From a virus: DNA of 64,000 nucleotides. The notes beneath the pieces are model-generated. The model saw only the letters and a program-made list of their open reading frames with translations, was not told the DNA's origin and ran no database searches. Below, one piece after another: positions 36,464-47,283 of the stretch (the first letter of the stretch is position 1; each line of letters starts with the position of its first letter). The translations under genes were made by a program, and so were the position numbers. Location of the stretch: IMG/VR virus record IMGVR_UViG_3300034378_000186, positions 1 through 64,000 of that record; one strand, 5' to 3'.

Positions 36464-36862
36464 ATGATTGATATGACTCCAGAAGACAGACGATGGTTAG
36501 AAGAAATGGTAGGAAGAATTTCGGATAACATCGAAAACAATAAAGAAAATATTGATTTAAGAATCTTAGGGTTGTCTGGAGAGATGAAGAGTAATTTTAA
36601 CTTGACCAATTTTCAACTTGAGGAGATAAAGAAACAGGTTATATTGACAAACAGTAGGGTTAATAAATTGGAAGAAAAGGAGAAAGGATCTTATCCAAGA
36701 TTGGTTGCTGTTGAAAAAGAAATGAAAGGGATATTAAAAGAAACTGAAGAAGTTAGATTTTTTAATCGTCATCCGAGATTTTTAAAATTAATTCTTTGGT
36801 TGATAGGGTTAATATCTGCCGGATCTTTTGCTTTACAGATTATTCAGAAACTTATAAAATAA
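36464..36862 (+). CDS. coiled-coil protein with C-terminal TM (lysis-module, holin-like)
   Basis: Directly upstream of amidase. Confidence 0.5.
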   Translation: MIDMTPEDRRWLEEMVGRISDNIENNKENIDLRILGLSGEMKSNFNLTNFQLEEIKKQVILTNSRVNKLEEKEKGSYPRLVAVEKEMKGILKETEEVRFFNRHPRFLKLILWLIGLISAGSFALQIIQKLIK

Positions 36863-36868
36863 GTAATT

Positions 36869-37564
36869 ATGGATCTAACTAAATACAAAAATGTTCCAAG
36901 GGAATATCTAAAAGGAGATTCTAGGACTTGTCAGATCATAGATAATGGTCATGGAGGCATGAAAGATTATAAAAGATATGATTCTCCTTTAGCTTATTTA
37001 ACTCCTGAAATATATGGTAAAAAGGCAAATCATTATACCCATATATTTTTCGAGGGGACATGGAATAGGATTGTAGCTCTGGAAATTGCAAAAGTCTTAT
37101 ATGATATGAAATTGAATTATAAGATTATTGTTCCAGAGGAAGAAGATGTTTATTTATCAGAAAGATGCAGGAGGGCAAATGAATTTGCAAGTCAACATCT
37201 GAATCTTAAAACATTCTTTCATTCTATTCATGGTAATGCTTTTGGTTTAGAATCTGTAAAAGGTATTGAAGTTTACACTTCTATTGGTACCACAAAATCG
37301 GATGAAATTGCTACTATTTTCTATGAAAAATATAATGGTTATATTGGTTGGAATATGAGATCTGATTGGTCTGATGGTGATGCAGATAAGGAAGCAAAAT
37401 TTACTGTACTTACTCAAACCAATATGCCTGCTATTTTAAGTGAACTTGGTTTTTATACTAATCCTGATGAATGTTTGGAAATGTTACAAACCAAAAATAT
37501 TAAATTGATTGCAGAAACTATCGGTAAGGCACATAAGGAGCTTGAGGATAATAAAATATTGTGA
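36869..37564 (+). CDS. endolysin, N-acetylmuramoyl-L-alanine amidase (Amidase_3)
   Basis: IDNGHGG, FE, SIHGNA, PAILSELGFYTN. Confidence 0.92.
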   Translation: MDLTKYKNVPREYLKGDSRTCQIIDNGHGGMKDYKRYDSPLAYLTPEIYGKKANHYTHIFFEGTWNRIVALEIAKVLYDMKLNYKIIVPEEEDVYLSERCRRANEFASQHLNLKTFFHSIHGNAFGLESVKGIEVYTSIGTTKSDEIATIFYEKYNGYIGWNMRSDWSDGDADKEAKFTVLTQTNMPAILSELGFYTNPDECLEMLQTKNIKLIAETIGKAHKELEDNKIL

Positions 37565-37614
37565 AATTTTTCTTATATTTATAAATTAAAATCGGTTTTT
37601 AAAAAACTAAAATT

Positions 37615-37833
37615 ATGCAAGATTTTGAAAAAGAATTAAAACTGCGCAGAATTCAAGAAAGGGATCATATTGAAAAATCAACAGAAGAAAATCTGTATGA
37701 AAATCAAGCAAAAGCCCGTAAAATTCAAGATCAAAAAATTCATGCTTTGAATGTAATTCAAAAGGCTGTGAATGAGGGAGAACTTGAAAAGGATGTTTTT
37801 ATGAAGGCAGTTGGGAAAGTTGTTAATAATTAA
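37615..37833 (+). CDS. small putative head protein
   Basis: IEKS; IQKAVNEGELEKDVFMKA module. Confidence 0.55.
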   Translation: MQDFEKELKLRRIQERDHIEKSTEENLYENQAKARKIQDQKIHALNVIQKAVNEGELEKDVFMKAVGKVVNN

Positions 37834-38606
37834 TGGTACCAATTACTTTGGACATATCGGAAACGATCCAAGAGTTTTCCATGAATCAGGAACAAGCTCA
37901 AGGGTTAGCTTCTTTTTTGATTGAATCTATTGCAACTGAATATATGGATGCTTGGGAAAAGACGGTTGATAGTGAATTGACTCAAACTCAAGATGTTTAT
38001 AAATCTGCAATGAAGGTTGAATATCCAGATTATAAATCATGTGTATTTATATTGGAAGGGAAAGGAGATCGAAAGATGGCTTTAATGCTTGAAATGGGGG
38101 TAAGTCCTTTTGATATGAAGGATGGGTTTTCCAGAAGTTCAAAGAGAAAGAAAAGTAAAACAAGGCCCGGAGGTTGGTTTTTACATGTTCCATTTAGATT
38201 GGCAACGGCTCAGGCTTTAGCAACAAGTAATATTTTTTCAGGGCAAATGCCAAAACCAATTGAAAATCTTGCTAAGAATTTACCTGGAAAAAGTCAGTTA
38301 AAGATAGCTGATATTCCTGAAGAATTTCAAATAAAAGGTATGAGGAAAGAGATCGTAACTAAAGATACGATTTTTCCTGCTTATGTTCATAAATCAACCA
38401 TGTATGAAGGAATTCAACATTCACCTAAACAAAATCATGGTCAATATGTGAAATTTAGAACTGTAGCTAATACTGAAGGACAAGAAATGGCCTGGGTTCA
38501 TCCAGGATTTAAAGAATATAATTTAATGGGAAAGGCAATGGAAAAAATTAAATTGCCTATTTTATTTAGTCGTTCAATTGATCAATATTTACAGGGAACA
38601 CAATAA
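37833..38606 (+). CDS. neck/tail-completion protein
   Basis: EMGVSPFDMK..GGWFLHVPFR..YVKFRTV..WVHPG. Confidence 0.65.
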   Translation: MVPITLDISETIQEFSMNQEQAQGLASFLIESIATEYMDAWEKTVDSELTQTQDVYKSAMKVEYPDYKSCVFILEGKGDRKMALMLEMGVSPFDMKDGFSRSSKRKKSKTRPGGWFLHVPFRLATAQALATSNIFSGQMPKPIENLAKNLPGKSQLKIADIPEEFQIKGMRKEIVTKDTIFPAYVHKSTMYEGIQHSPKQNHGQYVKFRTVANTEGQEMAWVHPGFKEYNLMGKAMEKIKLPILFSRSIDQYLQGTQ

Positions 38607-39298
38607 TGATAATTGTACCTCAGATAAAAATAGAAAAAGTATTGGAAACATTAATCAAGTTTGTGGTTGATGATTACAATAATAAGATTTTTGCTACTCT
38701 TGAAACTGAGGCTTGGTTGTATAGGGTGTTTCATGGATTGAAGGTAAGAGAATTTGATTATTATATTCAGTCAATTGAAATGCTGGTAAATAGAGGTGAA
38801 AATAGTCCAAGGAGATTGGAAATAAGAAGAGATTTCGATCCTGAAAGGGCTACTCTTCCTACTATATTTATAAATACTCCAAGTGAAACACAACAGGGAG
38901 AAAATACTGTTGGGATGGGATTAGGTTCAACTACTGAGTTTTTTAATAATAATGATGGAACTCAAACAGAAACTTATTCAAGACATTTCAAAGGTATTTA
39001 TGAATTAATGATTACAAGTAATAATAAGGATGAGGCTGAATTATTATATAGATTTCTTCAGGCTGTTTTTATTGCTGCTGCAGATACTTTAAGTTTTACA
39101 TTTGCAGGAACATTTGAATGGTCAGGAAAACAATTAATGTCAAATCCGGAGTTGATAGAAACTCCATTATCGATTAGAGTTTTAACAATAACAATATATA
39201 ATGAAATTAGGGTACCAAGATTAATGACGAGTTCTTATGGGGATGATGTTGAATTCACTGGAACTCCTCTTGATCCTGATGCTATTCCTTCACCATAA
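38606..39298 (+). CDS. tail terminator-like protein
   Basis: Position before sheath. Confidence 0.5.
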   Translation: MIIVPQIKIEKVLETLIKFVVDDYNNKIFATLETEAWLYRVFHGLKVREFDYYIQSIEMLVNRGENSPRRLEIRRDFDPERATLPTIFINTPSETQQGENTVGMGLGSTTEFFNNNDGTQTETYSRHFKGIYELMITSNNKDEAELLYRFLQAVFIAAADTLSFTFAGTFEWSGKQLMSNPELIETPLSIRVLTITIYNEIRVPRLMTSSYGDDVEFTGTPLDPDAIPSP

Positions 39299-39310
39299 AA
39301 AATAAATATC

Positions 39311-39586
39311 ATGGCAGATCCAAAATCACCAAAAGAAAAAACTAAGGCAGAACAGGAAAAAATAATGAAAGAAAATAAGAGTTCTGATTCTGGGGAAGGT
39401 GTTAATATAACTCCTCCAAAACAAAAAACTCAATTTAGTGCTGATGAGATCGGTAATAAATTGCAATTAAATGTTTATCTTAGAGAATTTATAAAAAGAA
39501 AATATTCCAAAGGTCAACATAAAAATAAGTCTTACAAAATGGATGACTGGAAAAAAATGTTGAAAAAAGATGGTTTAGATTTATAA
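39311..39586 (+). CDS. hypothetical protein
   Basis: ORF. Confidence 0.65.
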   Translation: MADPKSPKEKTKAEQEKIMKENKSSDSGEGVNITPPKQKTQFSADEIGNKLQLNVYLREFIKRKYSKGQHKNKSYKMDDWKKMLKKDGLDL

Positions 39587-39650
39587 AAAGTGATATTTTT
39601 TTATTACTTTTATATATTATATTTTCGGTTTTTATTCAATTTTGAAAGAT

Positions 39651-41291
39651 ATGCCAACAATTCAATATTTTAACGGAAAAAGGGTTGTCCTTCCAGGTGT
39701 TTATTCAACAATTAAATCTGGTGTTCAAAACCCTCCTGAAGTTTCAGATTATAGCAAAATTCTTGTTATTGATACTGGTTCTCAAGCCGGTTATGGAGGT
39801 GGTTCAGGAATAAATGGAGCTATAAATAATGGATTGGATTCTGTTTATGAATTCCGTGATCTTGCAACATATAGAGAGTTTCTTAAAGGGGGAATCCTTT
39901 GGAAATGTGCAGAAGGATTGTTTAAACCTGACGGAGGAGATCCAGGAGCTTCAGTTGTTTATCATGTGAAAGCTGCAACTACCGAAAAATCTTCAATGGA
40001 CTTTTCTCCAACTGGAGGTGGTGACAATGGAGGTGTTTTCAATATTTCTCCAAAAGATGAGGGTGTTGGGGCTAATGGTGTTTTAGATGCTGGAAATAAT
40101 GACAACCTTTATAAAGGGTTTGCTTATTCAATTGAAGCAGGAATCAAAGATACGAATAAATGGATTTTCAAATTATGGAGAGGTTCCTATACAGGTCTTC
40201 ATACAGATAGTATTCCTTATGATGAGGTTGCTCAGGCTGATGCTTTTCCTATATTAATAACTCAATCTCCTGAATTTGATAATGTTCAGGAATTGATTGA
40301 TTGGGCAAATTCTGATGCTAATTTTGGAGATTATTTTATTTTAAATACTGGAACTGTTACTGGAACAGGTGCAGTAGTAGAAGGAGATATTCCTTCAGGT
40401 TATCAGGTTTCTGCTGGAGGTACTGAAACTTATGATGTTGCAGATTTAACTGCTGTTTTAGAAGCAATTAAAGATATTCAATATACTCATATTCTTTGTG
40501 ATAAGTGGGGTAAAGATGATTATGATGGGGCAACTGTAGGGGCAATTGTTTCTCATATTGAAACAGATGCTAAATTTAGCAAATATATGTTTTATGGTGG
40601 AGGTAAAGATAAAACTGAATTTACTCAGGCTGATGGTTCAATTGCTCAAGCTGCATTCTTTGATACTAAAAGAGTTTTGGTTGTTCATGGGGATGCTAAA
40701 AAAGCAAGTACTGCAGTTGCAGAAGGATTCAGAAGATGGCCTACAGTTTACAAATCTGCTGTTTGTGTGGGTAAAATTGCCGGTCTTGCTCCTCAGGTTC
40801 CAGGTACCTTTAAATCAATTGCAATTGATGGGGAATACCACAACCTTACTGATCTTGAGAAAGAAAGAGCATTGGAAGGTGGAGTTTTTGCAACATATTT
40901 TGATGCAGATTTTAATAACTTTGTTATGCTCCAGGCAATTAATTCGATTCAAAATAACATCAATTTAATTCTTCCTAATGGTGATTCATTTGAACATCAG
41001 ATTGAAAGGATTAAAACTCAATTGAATACTGATCTTAGTGTCAACGCTAAAAAACAGTTATTGGGTCAACCTAATGGTGTTAACAGAAATACTTTGAATG
41101 AAACCATTGTTAAAAACTGGACTGAAGGTTTCTTGGAAACTAAAAAAGCAACAGATAGTCAGGATAATTTGATTATCCGTTATCAATCTGTTACTGTTAC
41201 CAGGGATCAAGACACTTATAAAGTTACTTATGAGTTCGAACCTAATGGACCAATTAACAAGTTATTATTCACTGGATTTATAATTGATTAA
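39651..41291 (+). CDS. tail sheath protein
   Basis: FNGK...PGVYS; PGTFK; size and position. Confidence 0.9.
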   Translation: MPTIQYFNGKRVVLPGVYSTIKSGVQNPPEVSDYSKILVIDTGSQAGYGGGSGINGAINNGLDSVYEFRDLATYREFLKGGILWKCAEGLFKPDGGDPGASVVYHVKAATTEKSSMDFSPTGGGDNGGVFNISPKDEGVGANGVLDAGNNDNLYKGFAYSIEAGIKDTNKWIFKLWRGSYTGLHTDSIPYDEVAQADAFPILITQSPEFDNVQELIDWANSDANFGDYFILNTGTVTGTGAVVEGDIPSGYQVSAGGTETYDVADLTAVLEAIKDIQYTHILCDKWGKDDYDGATVGAIVSHIETDAKFSKYMFYGGGKDKTEFTQADGSIAQAAFFDTKRVLVVHGDAKKASTAVAEGFRRWPTVYKSAVCVGKIAGLAPQVPGTFKSIAIDGEYHNLTDLEKERALEGGVFATYFDADFNNFVMLQAINSIQNNINLILPNGDSFEHQIERIKTQLNTDLSVNAKKQLLGQPNGVNRNTLNETIVKNWTEGFLETKKATDSQDNLIIRYQSVTVTRDQDTYKVTYEFEPNGPINKLLFTGFIID

Positions 41292-41318
41292 AACATTCGA
41301 TAATATAATTTAGAAAAA

Positions 41319-41810
41319 ATGGCTCAAGATACAGATACTAGAACGTTAACTGCTCCTTTGGCAATTATCAAAATAAACAGAGAATCCAGTGGATTCATGA
41401 GAAATGTCCGTGTTACTGAAACTATACAGCGTGCAGATGTAAAAGGTATCAGTAATCTTTTGACACGGGAAGTTCCTGCTGTTGGTATTACTTGTTCGCT
41501 TTCCTGTGATTTCTTCTTTATTAGTCTGAAGAGACCTGAAATGAGGAAGTTCTTAATGAGAGATCAGGGGAAAGATATTCTTGTGAATACTTTGATATTA
41601 GGAGAAGTTCCGACGGAAATTCAGATCTTAAGAAAGGTTGGTGTTTTTGATCAATCAGGAGAATTAGTGATAGATCTGGACACTCCAAAAACAATTGCTT
41701 CAATTAATGATTTCTACGCTGAAACTCAGAATTTCGATATTACTGAAAATCAGGTTTCTGGCGCAAATATATCAGGAAGATATTTAACTCCAGTTTTCTT
41801 TAACGAGTAA
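41319..41810 (+). CDS. tail tube protein
   Basis: Follows sheath; ends GRYLTP. Confidence 0.8.
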   Translation: MAQDTDTRTLTAPLAIIKINRESSGFMRNVRVTETIQRADVKGISNLLTREVPAVGITCSLSCDFFFISLKRPEMRKFLMRDQGKDILVNTLILGEVPTEIQILRKVGVFDQSGELVIDLDTPKTIASINDFYAETQNFDITENQVSGANISGRYLTPVFFNE

Positions 41811-41835
41811 AAAATAAAATAAACAATATTAGGTT

Positions 41836-42216
41836 ATGAATAAAAAAGTAGAACTTTCGATTAAAAACAACAGTTATGTTGTTGATTTCCCTAATGCAGG
41901 TCAATTAGTTGATATTGAATTTTTAAAATCCACTCTAAGTAAAGGTATGTATGGAAGTATGATGGCAAGTAGAACTGTGGACAGTAATTTTGCTTTAGAT
42001 GTTATCGATACTGATGCTTATATGAGGATTCTGGTTCCAAGTTTAATAAAAGATTTAAAAATTGATTCAATTAAAGAATTATCTATTGAGGATATGATGG
42101 AATTGATTAAAGCTTTTAAAAATGATTTGGTACCTTTTATCAAGCAATGGAGAGACCTAATAAGGGAACATTATGAAGAATTGGTAAAAGAAACAAATCC
42201 AGAACCAGAAGGTTAA
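41836..42216 (+). CDS. tail assembly chaperone
   Basis: Position after tube. Confidence 0.65.
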   Translation: MNKKVELSIKNNSYVVDFPNAGQLVDIEFLKSTLSKGMYGSMMASRTVDSNFALDVIDTDAYMRILVPSLIKDLKIDSIKELSIEDMMELIKAFKNDLVPFIKQWRDLIREHYEELVKETNPEPEG

Positions 42217-42237
42217 TATTCAGTAAAATGAATCAGG

Positions 42238-42624
42238 ATGTGTTTTTTAAGAATATTCGGTAAAAAAAAGAAGAGCCAGGAGTATGAAATAAAAGGTATT
42301 TTAGATAAAAATCAGTTTATAAATTTCATATATAAATGGAATGTTGATAATCCTATAGACAGGTGGTGGAGAGAAAAACACGGAATTGCTTTCAATTCAC
42401 CTGAACATAGGATTTCTTGTTTTATAGATCAATTTATGGAATATCAGGAAGATAAGATCTATGATCAGATATTTGATAAAATTAAGGATGGTCGATATGA
42501 TCCTAAGAAAAGTAATTACTTAAAAGAACAAAAGGAGAAAGCTCAAGAATTAACTAATGAGGATTATATTAACGCATTTTTAAAAGCAGAGGATAAAAAA
42601 ATAAATAAAAATAAAGATGGCTGA
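42238..42624 (+). CDS. tail assembly chaperone-associated protein
   Basis: WN..NPIDRWWR.KH.IAFNS.EHR; precedes tape measure. Confidence 0.5.
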   Translation: MCFLRIFGKKKKSQEYEIKGILDKNQFINFIYKWNVDNPIDRWWREKHGIAFNSPEHRISCFIDQFMEYQEDKIYDQIFDKIKDGRYDPKKSNYLKEQKEKAQELTNEDYINAFLKAEDKKINKNKDG

Positions 42625-44467
42625 TGATAAGCAAATAAGGGTTGGTATTGATGATAGTGGAGTAAAATCCTATATTAGCAATATAAGACAACAAAACGAA
42701 TCTCTTGCTAGACAGGTTGAAGAAACCTCCAGGAAGATGATTCGTGATGCAAGGGCTTATACAACATCTGCCGCTGAAGTAAATAGATTTTTAAAAGAAA
42801 GAATTTCTCTACTTGAAAAAGAGGGTAGATTAAGAGAACAATATAATAGGGAAGAACTTAAGGGGGCACTTTCCGGTGGTCAAATTTCTCAACCAACTTA
42901 TGAAAGAAGAATGAGTGAAATGTCCTTTGAAAGGGGACAAGAAAAATTATTGGTTCAGGAATTAAAGGCTATTAGAGAAGCAATTCTTAAAACATCTAAG
43001 GATGAAATTATTTCAGATCGTGTTAATGTTGAGAAACAAGTAGCACAATCTGGATCTGTTGGAATGTTAAGACCTGGTGGAGATGAATATCAAATATTAA
43101 AGGAAACTTATCAACAGGCAGAATTAGAAAAATTAAAAGATTCAGAAGTAGTTCAACAAGGTGGTAGAAGGGCAATGTACGGAGGAGGGCAACAAGTTCC
43201 TGCATGGATGAATAATTTGGAACAATATTCTACTTTTGCTGGACTTACAACAGGAATTGTTTCTGGAGCTTCAAGGTGGGCACAAAGAGAAAGGGTTGGA
43301 ACATCTCAAAGTGTATTTGAAAAAAAAGCAGAAGATTTTCAAGATGTTATAAAAGATGTTGAAGTTGAGGCTACTGCTGCAGGATTCGGGGGAAGTCTTC
43401 CTATTGGGGTTCCTTTAGCTTTAATTGCTGCAGGTCTTGCAGTTGGATTTTCTACTACTCATGCTGCTGAACAGAATATGAGGGAAGCTGCAAGGGGTGG
43501 ATTTGGAAGAGGGAAATCTTTTATAGGGGCTGGATTAACTTCTTCTGAATGGGGTAGGGAAGCTTCACTTTTGGCAACTGCTGGAGGTGTTGGTTCTGGA
43601 TCTTTTCAAGCTGGAGAATTGGGTCAATTATATGCAATAACAAGAGGTAGTCCTGTTGGAGCAGGTCAACTTGGTCAATTAATGAGATTTAAGGAATTTT
43701 CAAGGGCATATGGAAAAGATTTTTCTACTATAGCAGCTTATAGTCAACTTGAAGCTGATTTGGTTGGGGATACTTGGTGGTATATATCAGGAAAGAAAAA
43801 GGGGCAAATAGGAAAGTTTGTTCCTTCTGAGTTTGGTATTGATGTAAATGCAATGCCTGAATATTTAGGTATGTTGTCAAATCTTATGATGGAGGATTAT
43901 ACTCAAACTGGAAATATAAGGGCTGGATCTGCTCAATCTTTGATGATGAATATGATGAGAACTGGGGCAAGAGGGGGGTTCCTTCAACATTTAATGCAAA
44001 GTTTTCAAGCTGGTAATATGAGGTCTCAGAATCCTCTAATTCAATCTATTCAATTTGAAGCTGCCAGAGCTGTTGCCGGAGAAGATGCAAGTTATTGGGA
44101 TGTTCAAAAAATAATGGCAGATCCTTTGAATACAGATTATCAAAGGGAATTGTTAAAAAGATACAGAGAAGTTTCCGGTGGAGGAGAAATGTATGAAAAG
44201 GTTTTGGCTGATGTATATGGAATTAATCCAAATGCTGCAGAAGAATTATCAAAACTTAAAATAAAAACTAAATATTCTGATGAATGGTTTCAAAAACAAC
44301 AAGAAATATTAGGAACTATTGCAGGATCAAGAATGTATACAGGATCTTTAACAGAATTGGAAGCAAGATTTAGAGAAGGGAAAGAAGATCTTTTTGTTGG
44401 GGCTATTCAAAAATTATCAGATCAAATAAATAATTTGGCTAAAAAAATTGAAAGGATGGGTTTATAA
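42617..44467 (+). CDS. tape measure protein
   Basis: Helical, Gly/Ala-rich, position. Confidence 0.7.
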   Translation: MADDKQIRVGIDDSGVKSYISNIRQQNESLARQVEETSRKMIRDARAYTTSAAEVNRFLKERISLLEKEGRLREQYNREELKGALSGGQISQPTYERRMSEMSFERGQEKLLVQELKAIREAILKTSKDEIISDRVNVEKQVAQSGSVGMLRPGGDEYQILKETYQQAELEKLKDSEVVQQGGRRAMYGGGQQVPAWMNNLEQYSTFAGLTTGIVSGASRWAQRERVGTSQSVFEKKAEDFQDVIKDVEVEATAAGFGGSLPIGVPLALIAAGLAVGFSTTHAAEQNMREAARGGFGRGKSFIGAGLTSSEWGREASLLATAGGVGSGSFQAGELGQLYAITRGSPVGAGQLGQLMRFKEFSRAYGKDFSTIAAYSQLEADLVGDTWWYISGKKKGQIGKFVPSEFGIDVNAMPEYLGMLSNLMMEDYTQTGNIRAGSAQSLMMNMMRTGARGGFLQHLMQSFQAGNMRSQNPLIQSIQFEAARAVAGEDASYWDVQKIMADPLNTDYQRELLKRYREVSGGGEMYEKVLADVYGINPNAAEELSKLKIKTKYSDEWFQKQQEILGTIAGSRMYTGSLTELEARFREGKEDLFVGAIQKLSDQINNLAKKIERMGL

Positions 44468-47283
44468 TGGCTGATAAATTATTAACTCCAAGATATTATA
44501 AATATTATAGGTATATCATTAAAGAACAGATTACTGTTCAAGAATTAGTTGATAGACCTAATGGAGTTTTTGAATCTTTTAAGAATGATATAAAGGCTCT
44601 TTTGGATTATTTTGTAGAATTAGATTATGGGAAAGAGGGTATAATAAAAGAAAGTAATTCTGATCGAATAAAATCTATGTATAATGAAAATCAAAAAAGA
44701 TGGTTTGATCAGGAATATAGAGCAGGAAGGTATGGAAATATAATTGTATTACCAAACTCCTTTTTATGGGTTTCTCATTCCAGGGTAACAAGTTCCTTGG
44801 CTGTTCAATATGGAGAAAATCTTTTTATTGAAACTACAGATCTTAATTATTTTTGGGCAGAAACTCAAAAATTAATAAATGATAACGTAGATTATTTTCC
44901 TATTCAAGGGGTTGGAGGTAGTAGATTATTTAATACTGAAAAATTTAATGTTATTCAAACAGAAGAAGAAGTTTCTGTTAAATGGTTTACTCCTTCTGAT
45001 ATAGGTTATTTTCCAAGAGAATTGAATGGAGTTATTCAAAGTTTATCTACTAATTCAATTATGGGAGGAGGGGGTAATTTTCAAATGAAATTATCAGAGG
45101 TGGAAAAAATTTTTGGTATTTTTCTGGGCTCATCTGTAACTACAAAAAATCTTGAATATGATGCAAGAAATGAACCTATTTATAATAAATTTATTCCTTT
45201 TTCTTATGCTAATGATATAGATTCTTTAGATACAAAAAGATCAGCTTCCATTTCTACAGGGGATAAAGGATTTTTAGAATTTCCTTCCGGAGATACAATA
45301 GTTAAAAATAATTTGGGTTTTATAGAAGGATCGATGGGGAAGGGTGATATTGTATTTATAAAATTTGAAAAACTTGTTTTAGAAGATGGGGAAGATGATT
45401 TAGTTTGTTCAAAAGAAGGATCTATAAAGATATGGGATATGATTGGTGTTATAGATACTGTTTCTGTTAATTATAATGCTGAATCTAATAACTATGAAAT
45501 AACTGTATCAGGTAGAGATGTAATGGGAATATTAGAAGATGATGCAAGTTATTTTTATCCATTGGCTTTTGCAAAAACAGATAAGACAGAATTGAATCTT
45601 CAAGATAGTTCAAATATATTTAAAAGAGCAGTAATAGGGGAAAATCAAGATGGAGGGTATGATGAATTTTTTACTAAAGAAAGAAGGTCTATTAGAGATT
45701 CTATCGGATTTGTAATAAATACTTTATCTAATCTTAGAATTGGAAATTGGTGTCAAATTGGGTATTATTATGATAAAGATAATAATACTATAAATACAGT
45801 AGATAGTAGGATAGGGAAAAGAAGAACCAAAAAATTAGCAATAACTGGTACAAGTAATAATGTTGCTTATAATGATATTAATAGAGAAGATCCTGTTGAA
45901 GATTCTTTTACTGCAGGAGTTGCAAATATAGATTATGTTGAGCTTCAGGGAATATGGGGGATTGTTGATTTTGTTATTGATCCTAAACTTGAAAATAGAA
46001 GGATAGTTAACAATATGTTGGTAAAATCAGAAGGAACTTTAATAAGTCATATGAATGAGATTTGCCAAAAACCTTTTGTTGAATTTTTCGGAGATACGTA
46101 TGGAGATAAATTTGTTTTTACAGCTCGTCAACCTCCTTTTAATAAACAAGGGGTTAGATCTTTTTTAAATCAACAATCTTATATTACTATTCCACCTGAA
46201 AAAGTTTATGGTTTTAATATCGAATGGGAGACAGAATTTTATAGCTGGTATGAAATTCAATATAATGATAATTTCCTGGGATATGATAAAGCTACTGTTT
46301 TAGGATATATTCCTATTGCATATTTTTCTGAATTTGCAGAAGATTATGGTAATAGTAGATATTTGATTTCAGATTCTTATGTTAGTAAGAAAGCTTTATC
46401 TCAAAAAGATAAAGATGTAATTGTAGATCCTCAAAGAGAAGCTATTTTAAATGATTTATTTTATGTTATTGAAAGCACCCTTTATCTTCCATTTACCAGG
46501 AGAGGAACAATTACAATAGTTGGGGATAGGAGAATTAAAAAAGGAACATTTATAAAATATGAATATACTAATGAAGTTTTTTATGTAGAGGGTGTTTCTC
46601 ATTCTTATACAGTTAATATGAATGCTATAGAGAGGGTTACAACTTTACAGGTTTCAAGAGGTATGTTTTGGGAGAATATATTTGATGAGAGATATAATTA
46701 TTTTAATATTGCAAATATAGATGCTTTAAAAAATGATTACAAAAAATTGTTTGATTATAAGGAAAAGAAACCTAATAAAAAAGTAACTATTGGAGATTCT
46801 AAATTTGCATTTGATAAATATATTTTAACTGATAATGATAAGCAAAAATTAAATAAACAGGTTATTCCAAGATTAAAGGAAGATCCTGAGCTTAAAATAA
46901 GTATTGAGGGTCATACTGATTGGGTTGGATCTGACGAATATAATATTGAGTTAGGATTAAATAGGGCAAAGGCTGTTTATAATTATTTTGTTGAACAGGG
47001 AATTGATAAGGGTAGAATGAGAATAAAAACATTTGGAGAAAGTAAACCTATTGCTTCAAATGAAACTGATGCAGGAAGAGCTCAAAATAGAAGAACTGAA
47101 GTAATTTTTATTGAACCTAAAAATTCTTCTCCAAGTGATGATAAATATTCAAAATCAGGAAAGAAAACTGAATCTTCTCAACCTATTTTAAATTATGATG
47201 TTTATATATATTTTAGAAAAAGAGCTGAAACTTATGTTGCATATACTAAGGGTGCTATAAAACAAAAAGGAAGGGTTTTATAA
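44467..47283 (+). CDS. baseplate hub-like protein with OmpA-like peptidoglycan-binding domain
   Basis: SGRD, PFVEFFGD, GTITIVGD..FYVEGVSH..RG; IEGHTDWVG..YN..L...RA..GESKP..NRR. Confidence 0.8.
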   Translation: MADKLLTPRYYKYYRYIIKEQITVQELVDRPNGVFESFKNDIKALLDYFVELDYGKEGIIKESNSDRIKSMYNENQKRWFDQEYRAGRYGNIIVLPNSFLWVSHSRVTSSLAVQYGENLFIETTDLNYFWAETQKLINDNVDYFPIQGVGGSRLFNTEKFNVIQTEEEVSVKWFTPSDIGYFPRELNGVIQSLSTNSIMGGGGNFQMKLSEVEKIFGIFLGSSVTTKNLEYDARNEPIYNKFIPFSYANDIDSLDTKRSASISTGDKGFLEFPSGDTIVKNNLGFIEGSMGKGDIVFIKFEKLVLEDGEDDLVCSKEGSIKIWDMIGVIDTVSVNYNAESNNYEITVSGRDVMGILEDDASYFYPLAFAKTDKTELNLQDSSNIFKRAVIGENQDGGYDEFFTKERRSIRDSIGFVINTLSNLRIGNWCQIGYYYDKDNNTINTVDSRIGKRRTKKLAITGTSNNVAYNDINREDPVEDSFTAGVANIDYVELQGIWGIVDFVIDPKLENRRIVNNMLVKSEGTLISHMNEICQKPFVEFFGDTYGDKFVFTARQPPFNKQGVRSFLNQQSYITIPPEKVYGFNIEWETEFYSWYEIQYNDNFLGYDKATVLGYIPIAYFSEFAEDYGNSRYLISDSYVSKKALSQKDKDVIVDPQREAILNDLFYVIESTLYLPFTRRGTITIVGDRRIKKGTFIKYEYTNEVFYVEGVSHSYTVNMNAIERVTTLQVSRGMFWENIFDERYNYFNIANIDALKNDYKKLFDYKEKKPNKKVTIGDSKFAFDKYILTDNDKQKLNKQVIPRLKEDPELKISIEGHTDWVGSDEYNIELGLNRAKAVYNYFVEQGIDKGRMRIKTFGESKPIASNETDAGRAQNRRTEVIFIEPKNSSPSDDKYSKSGKKTESSQPILNYDVYIYFRKRAETYVAYTKGAIKQKGRVL

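Noticed and set aside
42180-42260. Programmed frameshift between tail chaperone genes
   Set aside because: No clear slippery heptamer before the stop; second gene has its own ATG
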